Assembly (NCBI GenBank): GCA_964016885.1
Contig: OZ024747.1
Coordinates: forward strand, 62,930,001 to 62,994,000
From: Eledone cirrhosa
Taxonomy: Eukaryota
Direction: 5' to 3'
Length of the DNA: 64,000 nucleotides
Below, piece by piece: positions 52,520-64,000 of the stretch. Position 1 is the stretch's first letter. Each line of letters starts with the position of its first letter. Both the position numbers and the translations under genes were made by a program. The notes beneath the pieces were generated by a model that saw only the letters and a program-made list of their open reading frames with translations, was not told the DNA's origin and did not search any database.

Positions 52520-52520
52520 T
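50645..52520. repeat. ~1.9-kb compound (TG)n/(TA)n microsatellite with higher-order duplication
   Basis: Alternating purine-pyrimidine tract; blocks such as ataaatatatgtg..gggtg..atttgtgtgtgtgagtg recur about every 300 bp. Confidence 0.95.
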
Positions 52521-52701
52521 GTTGATTTAAAACTGCACTATCCACAAGTGTTTTTTAGCCTTCATATCATGTTCTCCTGTTTTATCTGATGAAAACACAA
52601 ATATGATTGCATGATGATGTTTGTTTTTGAAATGCGCATAATAAAATACATGGAACTCCTTTAACCATCTTTTGATCTTATATTATATATATATATATAT
52701 A

Positions 52702-53335
52702 TATATAAGTATGTATACGTACATACATACATGTATACAGACATACAGTAGTATGTATATATATATACATACATGCACACATATATATATGTACATATGG
52801 ATTCACCGAACATTTATTATAATGCTCGGTGTGTCTGTAAACAAACTTCCCATATTAAGCCGTAGTGTCCAACAACCATCGTTGCTCGTTTGTTCAACAC
52901 TGACAAAGGAACGCTGTACTAGCTTCAAGCTTGTTAGCTATCATCAGCAACGTATACCTTCCTGCCAGATAGTTGAACGTCCGAAAGTATATACTTTCCT
53001 TATGTATATTAACGGCTGAGTAGCCCAATTTGCATATCGAGTGCATATTTCGGACGTTCACCTATCTGGCAGGAAGGTATACGTTGCTGACGATAGCTAA
53101 CAAGCTTGAAACTAGTACAGCGTTCCTTTGTCAGTGTTGAACAAACGAGCAACGGTGGTTGCTAGACACTACGGCTTAATACGGGATGTTTGTTTACAAA
53201 CACACCGAGCATTATAATAAATGTTTGGTGAATCCATACGTACATATATATATATATGTGTGCATGTATGTATATATATATACATACTACTGTACGTCTG
53301 TATACATATATGTATGTACATATACATACTTATAT
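52702..53335. mobile_element. ~630-bp fold-back element: ~285-bp inverted arms, ~61-nt spacer, a hammerhead on each arm, in (TA)n
   Basis: Arms 52702-52986 and 53048-53335 with scattered mismatches, many at CpG/TpG. Confidence 0.85.
53082..53122 (+). ncRNA. Canonical minimal type I hammerhead ribozyme (mirror copy 52912-52952, minus strand)
   Basis: cgttg-CTGACGA-t agct aaca agct t-GAAA-c-ta-GTA-cagcg; palindromic stem III actagt; the mirror copy has CTGATGA and GAAG. Confidence 0.8.
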
Positions 53336-53388
53336 TTAAGTAACAGCCGTACTAAGAGTGGGAAATGAAATTTTGTTTCATTTTTTCC

Positions 53389-53504
<116 letters not shown>

Positions 53505-53629
53505 TTAATATAGAATATAGTACTTTACTTACTGTGGTTACCCCTGATTGAACCCAGGACCCACACATACACATATATATATATATATATATATAACCAT
53601 ACTAGTGTGGAAGTTGGGTGTTACATGAT

Positions 53630-53975
53630 GATGATATATAAGGGTAAAGGCTAAAAACCCCCTTTAGTCATAAATGACTATGGGATTTACACCTAGAAAT
53701 CTCCCCTCTAAAGCTGAAGTCTGGGCAAAGTTGTTTGTGGAAGACCAGAGGTTGCCCATGTATACCAATCTCCCCTCTACATGTCACTGATGTTATCCAA
53801 GGGAAAGGCAATGGCCGATATAGCTTGGCACCAGTGATATCGCAACTCATTTCTACAGCTGAGTAAACTGGAGTAACGTGAAATAAAGTGTCTTGCTCAA
53901 GGACACAACACATCACCCGGTTTGATAATCAAATTCACAACCTCTAGATTGTGAGTCCAATTCTCTAACCACTAA

Positions 53976-53980
<5 letters not shown>
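53630..53980 (-). mobile_element. SINE with family B head but a different 3' tail
   Basis: Head atggcttagtggttagagaattgg...tccttgagcaagacactttatttcac...ctcagctgtagaaatgag matches 20367; downstream tail is unrelated. Confidence 0.75.
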
Positions 53981-54007
<27 letters not shown>

Positions 54008-54238
54008 CTGAGTGTCCCCCAAAAATGTAAACTAGATTCTAATAAATATTGCCTGTACAGGTAATCAAAGTGTGTATACATTTTTGGGGGACACCCTGTA
54101 TATATGTGTGTGTGTGTATATATAGAAATATATATATATATATATAAAACCAAAGATTAGTATGGTTCGTTGATTACTCAACGAATATAATTTTACAATA
54201 GATTAGAAGCACTCAACAAAAAAATTTCCTGGAGTTTG

Positions 54239-54276
<38 letters not shown>

Positions 54277-54407
54277 GTGAGGTTTTATTTATAAAATGAA
54301 AAATAACCGAGGTGTCCTACACGAGTGAAAGTATAAAGAAAAAAAGATGAAATCGAAAATGCAACTGGAGTCTTATTTTAAAATAAATATATATATTTAT
54401 TTGGTTC

Positions 54408-54443
54408 CTTTACCGGTTTCGCAGTTCTTCTGCTTTTCAAAAG
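54408..54443 (-). ncRNA. Intact minimal hammerhead (family B)
   Basis: Minus strand: ctt-TTGAAAA-gcag aagaa ctgc-GAAA-c-cg-GTA-aag. Confidence 0.75.
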
Positions 54444-54924
54444 TAGAGTTGAGATGGAGGGTCTGTGGTTTTTCTCATAAAACAATTTTATTTTGGGTGG
54501 TTGAGTTTATAAGCCTGTGTATTTTTCCATGTTAAAAAGCAATGTTTGGAAGTATATTATCCTATAATACATGGATACACATACATACATAACACACACA
54601 TACACGTGTGTGTGTGTGTGTATATATATATGTGCACATGCACACCTGTTTACACACATGCACACATAAAATATGCATGTGTGTATATGTGTGTGTGTGT
54701 GTATTTTTAAAACTTCACAACAACTATAATAATAATAATAATGAAAATGATGAAAGTGGCTGCAGGCTACTGCATACATCATCATTCATTCGATACAAAT
54801 AAGAAATGTTGCAAAGGATTTCCATTGACGTGTGGGACAAAATACACAGGCATACGAAAAACAAGATGGAAGTCGGTGAATAAAATACATATGCAGTAAA
54901 TATCAACGCCAAAAACAATACTAA

Positions 54925-56010
54925 TAATTGTTTCCACTTTTGGCACAAGGCCAGCAATTACCAGTACATTACTGGTACTTTATTTTATCAACCTTGTAAG
55001 GATGAAAGGCAAAGTTAACCTCGGCGTGATTTGAACTCAGATAATAAAGGGACGTAACTATGCTAGAAAGCATGGCGTCCAACCCTCTACCGATACTGCC
55101 AATCCACCGCCCTCAACAACAATACTAATAATATTTGTACTTTTGGCACAAGGCCAGCAATTACCTCAGTGTATTACTGGTGCTTTATTTTATTGACCCC
55201 CGTAAAGATGAAAGGCAAAGTTTACCTTGGCGGGATTTGAACTCAGACTGTAAAGGGATGTAACTCTATGCTGCAAACCATGGCGTCTGACCCTCTATCA
55301 ATACTGCCAGTCCACCACCACAATAATAATAAAAATGGTTTCTGATTTAGGCACGAAGCCAACAATTTTGGGGGAGGAGAAAGTTGATTAAATCCAGCCC
55401 AGTGCATTACTGGTACTTTATTTTATCGACCCCGTAAGGATGAAAGGTAAAGTTAATCTCGGCGGGATTTGAACTCAGAATGGCAAGGGCCGTAACTCTA
55501 TACATAACTCTATGCGTCAAAGCATGGCGTCCGACGCTCTACAATAATAATAATAATAATAATTGTTTCTACTTTTGGCACAAGGCCAGCAATCACCCAG
55601 TGCATTATTGGTACTTTATTTTATCGATCCCGTAAGGATGAAAGGCAAAGTTAACCTCGGCGGGATTTGAACTCAGATCATAAAGGGACATAACTATGCT
55701 GGAAATCCATCGCCATATAATAATAATGCTTTATAATAAAGCATTATTCATCATCATCATCATCATCGACGTAAAATGATGATGATGATGATGAATAATG
55801 CTTTCTGATTTAGGCAGAGTGCCAGCACGTTTGAGGGAGAGGGGTAAGTTGATTAAATCCACACAGTGAATTACTGGTACATTATTTTATCAACCCCAGA
55901 AGGATGAAAGGCAAAGTTAACCTCGGTTGGATTTGAACTCAGAACTTAAAGGGCCGTAACTCTATGCTGCAAAGCATATCTGTTGCTCTACTGATACTGC
56001 CAATCCACCC
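54925..56010 (-). mobile_element. Head-to-tail array of five SINE family A copies
   Basis: Units start near 54925, 55130, 55335, 55560, 55795, separated by (aat)n. Confidence 0.9.
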
Positions 56011-56092
56011 CTCATCTCTGTCTAATAGTAATAATAATAATAATAATAATACAGTGATTATGAAATAAACGATAATGTTTTATGTTTCTCAG

Positions 56093-56158
56093 GAATTTAT
56101 GCTTGAAGAATTATTTTTCCACCCAGCCGTGACTATTCCAAAGGCTTCAAAGTACCAG
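56093..56158 (+). CDS. Candidate 66-nt internal host exon (EFMLEELFFHPAVTIPKASKYQ)
   Basis: Pyrimidine-rich acceptor tgtttctcag, strong donor CAG|gtaaga, length divisible by 3, only phase 0 open, unique non-repeat sequence. No protein recognised. Confidence 0.4.
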
Positions 56159-57568
56159 GTAAGAGGGAAAAAATATCCTATTAAATTTGTTAATATTTGA
56201 ATGCATTTCATAAAAAAATATTAGGATGAAAAAATCCGATTGAATTTCAAAAACATATTTATGATTCTTATGATGGTGTTTTTTTTTATATTGCTTTTAA
56301 AATGTTATTTTGTTTTTGTTTTTTGTAATTTCCTTTAAATAAATGTTATTGTAACATATGTTTGTTGGTTTTGTATAGTTTTAGCAGTTTAGGTATAAAT
56401 GTATGTTGTAAACATTATAGGACAATAAATATGAATTAGATAACAGTGTAATATTTGGTAGAGTCTACTTCATCTTCTTAGAGAGAGAGAGAGAGAGTGT
56501 ATGTGTGTGGAGTGGGTGAGAGTGTGGGAGGGTGAAAGAGTGTGTGTGTGTGAAGTGGGAGAGGGAGTGTGTATGTGTGTGGTGTGACAAAGAGAGAGAG
56601 AGTGTTTGTGTGTGGTGTGAAAAAGACATTTGTTTTTACCATATAACACTTAAAAGTGCTAAAATGATTTTTAATATTTGCTTAAGTCCATACCTTCTTA
56701 CCTATATATAAATATATATATATATATGCATACATGCAAACATACACACACATATACATGCATACACACGCACACATACATACACACCTACACTCATCAT
56801 GCATATCCTCCTTTGTGTCTTATTTTTCGAGACATTAGATCAGTGTTGCCTGAAGTAGCTTTTCTATGACCCTCCAAGTCTTCCTCGAAGCATCACGAAG
56901 ATACCCGAAATAAGGTTTTGTTTGTCATTATATTCTCTATAGGAATAATTTCACTCCCTCTAAAACATTCTTTGTTTCATTTTATGTCTTCATGAACTAT
57001 TAATATTAGGGTGGTGAGAATGATCTGTAAAATGTAGTTATGGATTATATGATTTATAATAACTCTTATAAGGTGTCTGCAACAAAATAAGTCCAATCAA
57101 CACTTTGATAGGATGTGGTTTGAGGGATATTTGACTGCTATTTCTAACAGGTTTAATAACACATAAAGATTCCCTTTATTGGAACAAAGTAGTCTAGTCC
57201 TATAGAGTTGATTTGTGGTAAGGGTGTTGGACTTACGATCATAATGTCATGGGTTTGATTCCTGGGCTGGATTGCATGTTGTGTTCTTGAGCAAAACACT
57301 TCAGTTCACGTTGCTCCAGTATATTAAGCTGAAAATGAGTACCAGCAATAGCTGGGGGTTAACCCTGAGATGGACTGGTGTTGTGTCCAAGGGAAGTTTT
57401 GTACACTGTCGCTTCATACCATAAAACCGAGATAAGCACCAGCCTAACGAGCCTTCTGGCTTAAGACAGACTTTTTTTTACTACTATCTCTATTTTGTGG
57501 GTGCAGGCATAGATGAATAGTTAAGAAATTTGCTGTCAACAATATGATGCAGGGTTAAATCCTAATTA

Positions 57569-57905
57569 TGTCAGGCTGCTCTCAAGTGCTACTGTTAACA
57601 TGTAATTGAGGACAACCTGTTACATGTTTGGGTTGTTTGCAACTGAACTGGCAACCCCCAGCAAGCTTGCTTAGTGAGATGGGTTTCATCCTTGTGATGA
57701 AGGTGGATGAACTGTGGCTCAGTAACCAGCTTCCAAGTATTGGTCAGACAAGGATTCGAGACTCACCAACATCATTTTCTTTTATGGTATTGATCATGGC
57801 CATACGGCTTCATATAGCTGAGCTTTCATGTAATTGTTCATGGTCCCCAATCGTCAGCAATGAAGATGGGAAGATACCAAACCAGTTCGCTTCTACTACT
57901 TGACA
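57569..57905. mobile_element. Candidate solo LTR inserted into a SINE
   Basis: tgtcag...ttgaca (TG..CA inverted termini), more GC-rich than surroundings, splits a tRNA-SINE (57500-57568 continues at 57906 ...gggcaagtgtc). No clean TSD. Confidence 0.4.
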
Positions 57906-59712
57906 TTATGGGCAAGTGTCAACACATGCCTTGTAAATGAAACTGGGTAGACACAATCTGTATGGGACTCGATTGAATGAACTATATGTGTAATTCAGAG
58001 GGCCAGACTTGTCACATACTATCATCATCATCATCATAGTTTAATGTCCATTTTACACACTAGCATGGGTAGAATGGGCTGTCCCATTGTGAGAGATCCA
58101 AGTTAAAGGACCATGTTTCGCTCACACAGAACTGATTTTGGCTTGGTTTCTATGGCCCCCTTCCTAATGTCATTCTGAATCCTCCAGAGAATCATGTTAA
58201 GGGTATACATGACTGTGGAATGCTCAGTCACTTATTAATGCCATGTACAGGCTGTTCCATTGATCAAACAACTGGAACACTCATTGACAAATCTGATTGA
58301 AGTCCACTTCATTTCCTTCTTCCCTCACAAAAACAATTACTGTCCTGGTACCAATGAAAAATGTTTTACTTTTGTTTTCTTCATTTGTGAATTATTGGAT
58401 AACTATTATTGATCTTTCCCTGTAATCAATAGACGTGAAGTGGCAACATAGAGACCAATAAAGATTATATTAAGTTGCTTACATAGCATTATACAAATAA
58501 CTATATTAGATGTTAGAAACTTTGGTAATTCCATTTGCCATTTAAAATTTACTGCTCACCATTCTTTCATTTTTCTCTTTACATATTTTTCTGTATGTTT
58601 CTTTATACATTTTATTTATTTATATATTTATTATCATTGTTGTTTTTGTGATTGTTGTTTTTGATGTTGTTTTCATAGCAATGTCCTCATTGTCCTTGGT
58701 GGTGTTGTTGTTGTTTCAATTAAAACATTGTCCAAACAAGAAGGTCAAAAGTGATGCTGTTCTGTTATCAATTGTGGCTTTAATAATGGAAATGTAAAGA
58801 TTTGGTCAGAGACTGACCATGTAAGGTGTTGGTGAAGGTATAGAGTAGTAGGTAGGCTAATAATAAAAATAATAATAATAAATGGTTTATAATTAATGGT
58901 CCTCCAGTGAAAGAGGAAAGATAGATTTATCTGATGTTAAATAAATAAATATGAATAGCTTTGTAAAGAATATCCCATTATATTATATTATATTGTGTTA
59001 TATTATATTATATTACATTACATTATATTATATATTATAGAGGAAGTCTCAAATAGTTTATTGTCCAGTGAATATGTAATAAAACAGACTGTCATCTTTT
59101 CATTCTTTTCAACCTTTATCATCATCTCTATCATCATCATCATTGTTGTTGTCATCCCCACTACTACCACTGTAGTTGGCATCATCATTTTACATCTGCT
59201 TTCCATATTGGTATGAGAAGGCAAGCTCATTATAGAGTCTCAAGTTAGTTTTTATTTAGAGTTAGTGCCCTCTTAGAGAGGTCAAAGGATCATGTCTCAT
59301 CCATACATTCCATTTTTGATATGATTTTTACTGCTGGCTGCCCTCCCTACCACCACTCACTTTACAGTCTACTGGTTGTGTTTTGTCTTCCTATAAAACA
59401 ATATATATTAAATCACCATCAATATCACCATCTAATGTTTACTTTGCATGTTTACATGGGTTAGATGAGTTGACATTTTATGGGACTAGGCAGGCCAAAT
59501 GACTATGTCTTGTTTATATGGGTCTGATTTTTGGTTTTGTTTCTACAACTGGAAACCCTTCCTAATGCCAGTAGCATTATAGTGTGGACTAGGTGATTTA
59601 TATCATAGCACCAGCACAATCACCATAAAGAGTATACGGGGAGCTCTTTGTTATGGCCACAGTATTTTGGAAGAGCATGTCTAGTTTTCTGATCATGGGC
59701 TGGACAGGAGGG

Positions 59713-59782
<70 letters not shown>

Positions 59783-60009
59783 ATAATAATTATAAAGGCC
59801 ACAATCTGAAGAGGGCTCGATAAGGATTATATATATATATATAAACCGTTTTTTGAAATATTAACTTCTGTGTCTACAGATTGATTTTTCTCAGTTTCAG
59901 AAGATCCTGTTAAAGAGTGAAAGCAGCAATTCTTTGCTTAAATTTCAATCTGTACTAATAATATATATATATATATATATAAATAGTTTTATCACTCTAC
60001 ATGGCTGAA

Positions 60010-60720
60010 TACAATAAATGTAATCTGAGTTTTTCAAATATTAATAATAATATTCGATTCATTTGCAATTATGCAAACAGCTTCTTTAAGCCATGTCAGT
60101 AGAATGACCCCATCATTCTTGCTCTTGTGTTGGCATATAAACATAACGGCAGACACTAATGTGACACATTGATCACAACAGCTACCACACAACAGCTTAT
60201 GTGATATATTGACCATAACATCTACCACACAACTGTTTAATAGGCTTTAAACCACCAACATTACAGCAAGAAATATGCAATGTCACCTTATCTACACAGT
60301 ACATATATCATGCAAGTATATCTGGCTTTATGCCAATATACATGCATTAATTTCTATAATAATCCTGACCACTGTCATATTTATTTGGCTATTATGACAA
60401 ATTTATTTTCTTTGTTGGTTTACATTATCTTTCTGTTTATTGATTCCTTCGTAATATATTCTGGAAAATTTCTCCTTATAAGTTTAACAGAGGTATATAA
60501 TTTCGAAAAACCTTTTGTAGTAAGGAGAGTATTCCTCTCTTCCACCTTCATTTCCTCCTCAAAGGAAATGTTTGGAATCACTGCTATCATAGATAAGTGT
60601 AAATACTGACTACATAAAAGAAAAATAGCCACAGATGAAATAGTTTTGGCAAGTTTCTAGTTGTGTAATTAAAGGTGATTTTCAGCAGAGAAATTGCCTC
60701 AGAATATTTACAGTAGATGT
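60010..60720 (-). pseudogene. Highly decayed Penelope-like ORF fragment (post-RT linker and GIY-YIG region)
   Basis: Minus-strand pieces SFEEEMK...LIRRNFPEYITKESINRKI, DKV...CNV...CGRCYGQYI, QHKSK...WLKEAVCII...N resemble PLE motifs (F..E...NGYP..I...I; C..C..YIG; LKEAL.I). Confidence 0.4.
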
Positions 60721-61004
60721 CAATAATTTAAAAGAAATTTCTACTTTCTAACTCCATGCAAATGTCTGACAGTATGAGGTATGTGTATAACGAACAGGAT
60801 GTTACATGAAGTGGAGATTAGGCGAGGCATTAATAACCTTTTTTTTTAGCAGTGGGCTACATAAGATATGGCTCATTACAAGATGGGTTACACTACTATA
60901 ACAAATTCAAGGTAATTTTTCGTTAAGCATGATATTTAGAAAGCCAAACAAGCTGCCGTTTACTCACTGCTGGATTAAACACTAAATTTGTTGGTTGAAG
61001 AGAT

Positions 61005-61260
61005 AGAAAATACATTAAAGCTCCGACGTCTGGCAACTGACTTAGTAGATACCCACAAGATTATTAACCGTCTTTCCAACAACAACCCTGGGCACAATTT
61101 TGAATTCCATGTGTCTAACACCCATGGACATGCTTACAAATCAAAGACCACGGCTCCCATGACTTTCAGAAACATTTTTTGAAGCATGGAACAAACTACC
61201 ACTGCATCCTTCAAAACTTCCATGCTTCCTGAAATTCACCAACACTACACCTGATATTCC
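61005..61260 (+). pseudogene. CR1/L2-group LINE ORF2 C-terminal fragment
   Basis: TLKLRRLATDLVDTHKIIN...FEFHVSNTHGHAYK...KHFF..EAWNKLP follows the CR1 pattern RR..DL...KI...TRGH..K...FF...WN.LP. Confidence 0.75.
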
Positions 61261-61277
61261 CCCTCCATACACTCGCA

Positions 61278-61311
<34 letters not shown>

Positions 61312-62324
61312 ATGGCTCATACACTGTTTACTTTCCTGACATTTGTACATTATTTTATGTACTGTACTGTTCAAATCCCGCTGAGGTTAACTTTGCCTTT
61401 CATCCTTACAGGGTCGATAAAATAAAGTACCAGTAAAACACTGGGTAATTGCTGGCCTTGTACCAAAAGTAGAAACAATTATTTTATGTACTGTACATGC
61501 ACACTGATGAGCTATAGTGCACCTGAGCACTCTACACAATAATTTTCATAATTCATTATTATTATTAAATGAGTTGGGGTTAAATGTATTGAATGTTGAT
61601 CATTAAGCTTGTGTGAAAGACAGAGTAAGTACACAGGAGATGAGAAAAGAGCTGTATATTAGAGGTGGGCATTAGTATGAGTTGTTGTTTAGTCCAAGAT
61701 CAACCCTGAGCAGGTAGATCGATGTTCAGAAGTAATCCACTGAAGAAATGTAGTCAGGTGGTTGAGGCGCTAGATTTGGGATCATAAGGTCATGGGTTCA
61801 ATTCCTGACTATCCATCATATTGTGTTTTTCTTGAGCAAGATATTTCACTGCTCCAGTCCATTAATTTGAATATAGATGAGCACTCACAGCATCTGGGGG
61901 ACTGGGAGTTTAACCCCAGCAATGGCCTGGCGTCTGATACAGGACCTCAGATCTTTTCATGATGAGGTCAGCTAAACCTATGTAGGTCTGAGCTCTAGCA
62001 ATAGCATAACAACAAAGGCAATCCAAGAATGACCAGCCTGTCTTACTTTTCAGATACAGTTAATATCTAGGATAACATTTCCAATGTTATTCACTTTTAT
62101 TTTAAAGAAGTTAAGGAGTGATGTGAGGGAGATATTGCTACTTTTTCTAGCAAGTGGAGCAGCCACTTTGGTGCCCATTCATTAGTACATTTCTTGCAGT
62201 AAGTTCCTTCATTAATGTAAGGGTGTAATGTATGATATATGAATGATAGACTTTTAGATGAGGATAGATTGTACCCTCACAGTAGATTTTATTTGGTTGG
62301 ATGGGGGACTGCAGATGTCTGAAT

Positions 62325-62750
62325 GTGATGTGATGGGGTGTGGTAAGTTGTATTTTGTTGTGGTGTGATTTTTGTGGTATTATTGATGTGGTGGAGTGTT
62401 GTGGTGCAGTGTATTGTAGTAAGGTGTAGTTTGCTGTTGTGGTGTATTGTGTTGTCATGGTGAGTGTGATTATGGTGTGTTGTGTTTTAGTGTGGTTTGC
62501 ATGGTGTGTTGTATTGTGGTGAGGTTTATTATGTTGTAGTGTGGTTATTATGGTATGACATGGTTGATGTGTTGTGTGATGTAGTGCGTTGTGGTGGTGT
62601 ATGGTGTGGTAGGATGTGTAGTGTGATGTCCTGTGGTATAGTTTGGTATAGTATTGTGTGCTGTGGTGTAGTGTAATGTAGTGTAGTGTGGTATCATGTG
62701 GTATAGCTTGGTGTGGTGTAATGTAGTGTGGTGTGGTATAGTGGGGTGCT
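62325..62750. repeat. Degenerate (GTGTA/GTGTG)n pentamer-like repeat
   Basis: Visible gtgtagtgtggt periodicity. Confidence 0.85.
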
Positions 62751-64000
62751 ATTAACTCTGAGAATAGTGGATGGAATTAACATAGAGAGAAATGACACAG
62801 GATTATGAAATTGCTCCCCTTGGCTAGAAAAACATCACTTCATTAGTTCCTTTATTCTAAGGTTCTAAGTTCATATCTTTCCAGGCATGACTTTAATTTA
62901 CAAAACAATTTATTCTGGTAATATACTAAGGCATATCCACTTAAATATACTCCACTACACATACAAAGTATTATCTGTGTGTTTATGGATATAAAATCAA
63001 ATCTAATATATGTCAACTGTTAAATGGGTGGAAATAGCAAATACAATACTACTCAATATTGTATTACAAGGTTCAATATTTTCCTATATTGTTGGTTCCT
63101 CTGAAGGGTCTTTATAGTAACTTTGGAGTTACTCAATAAAGTGCATAACTTGGAGATCAGAGCATCACTCCAGGTAGAGCCGCTACTTCTTCGAATTGAG
63201 ACATCATAGCTCTGATACGATGAGTATGTGATTAGAATTTGATTAGAATGTCTGGATAGATTTTGCGGGCAAAACCAACTGGGAAGAGACCCAGGGATAG
63301 ACCTCGAGCAAGATGGTTGGATAACATCCATGAGCTTGGCTGGTCATGCTTGGGGATCCAGCCAGATCAATTGGAGATGGTTGCTTCTGACAGGATCTGG
63401 TGGAAGGAGTGTTTGAGGATTCTGCTCCCATGACCCTCTCAGAAATAAGTGGGCGAAGGACTTTTTTTTACTATTTAGTCAGAGAGGGAAGAGCAGAGCC
63501 TATGACCCTTTTCAAAGTTTCTTAGACTCATGATAGGGAGGAAGGAGATCTTCTAACTGGATATCTGGTGTAAATACTTGCAACATACTGGGCTCTGTTA
63601 AAGACATCCAAGGCTTAGTTGGTAGTGTTAAACTGGGCAATGGGATAAGTCTACGAACCAAGTTAGATACAGTCGAATTTCAAAACAGAAGACAAAGGAC
63701 TGGTACAAATATCACAGGGCATCTCATTTAATGCCCAAATAATTCCATCAATCCATCATACTGAACTGGTACTTTATTTTAATTATCCCTGAAAGGATAA
63801 GAGGAAAAGTTGGCCTTGCCAGGACTTGAACTAAGATTGTAGAGAGCGAGAACGAATTCCACATTGAATTTTGTCTAATGTTCTATTAACTCTAACAATT
63901 CTATGATGCCAGTGAAAACTCCAACAGCAGCTAGAAATGGTTGACACTCAAAGAGTAGCGAGTCAACAGGTTTCCATGGTGACATTTAAAATGTCAAACT

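Overview
AT-rich, repeat-saturated animal genomic DNA, intronic or intergenic in character. The SINE/RTE/microsatellite landscape suggests a cephalopod, probably Octopus, but this is inference only. There is no intact protein-coding gene: nearly all ORFs in the track are microsatellite translations or decayed transposon fragments, and only one or two small candidate host exons are visible (best 56093-56158). Recognisable content: two or three tRNA-derived SINE families (one forming tandem arrays), many RTE-clade LINE 3' fragments, a CR1-type fragment, a CRE-clade (REL endonuclease) retrotransposon fragment, a Helitron PIF1-helicase pseudogene, piggyBac-, hAT- and Tc1/mariner-type MITEs, minisatellites and a 200-N gap. 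The most striking signal is a dense set of short, sequence-diverse elements sitting in or beside (TA)n tracts. They carry type I minimal hammerhead ribozyme motifs (CUGANGA, or the covarying UUGAAAA, then stem II, GAAA, a short often palindromic stem III, and NUH). Many are folded back into long near-perfect palindromes (114-630 bp), several of which turn inside or next to the ribozyme. One sits beside a decayed GIY-YIG-like C-terminus, pointing to Penelope-like retroelement (PLE) termini.
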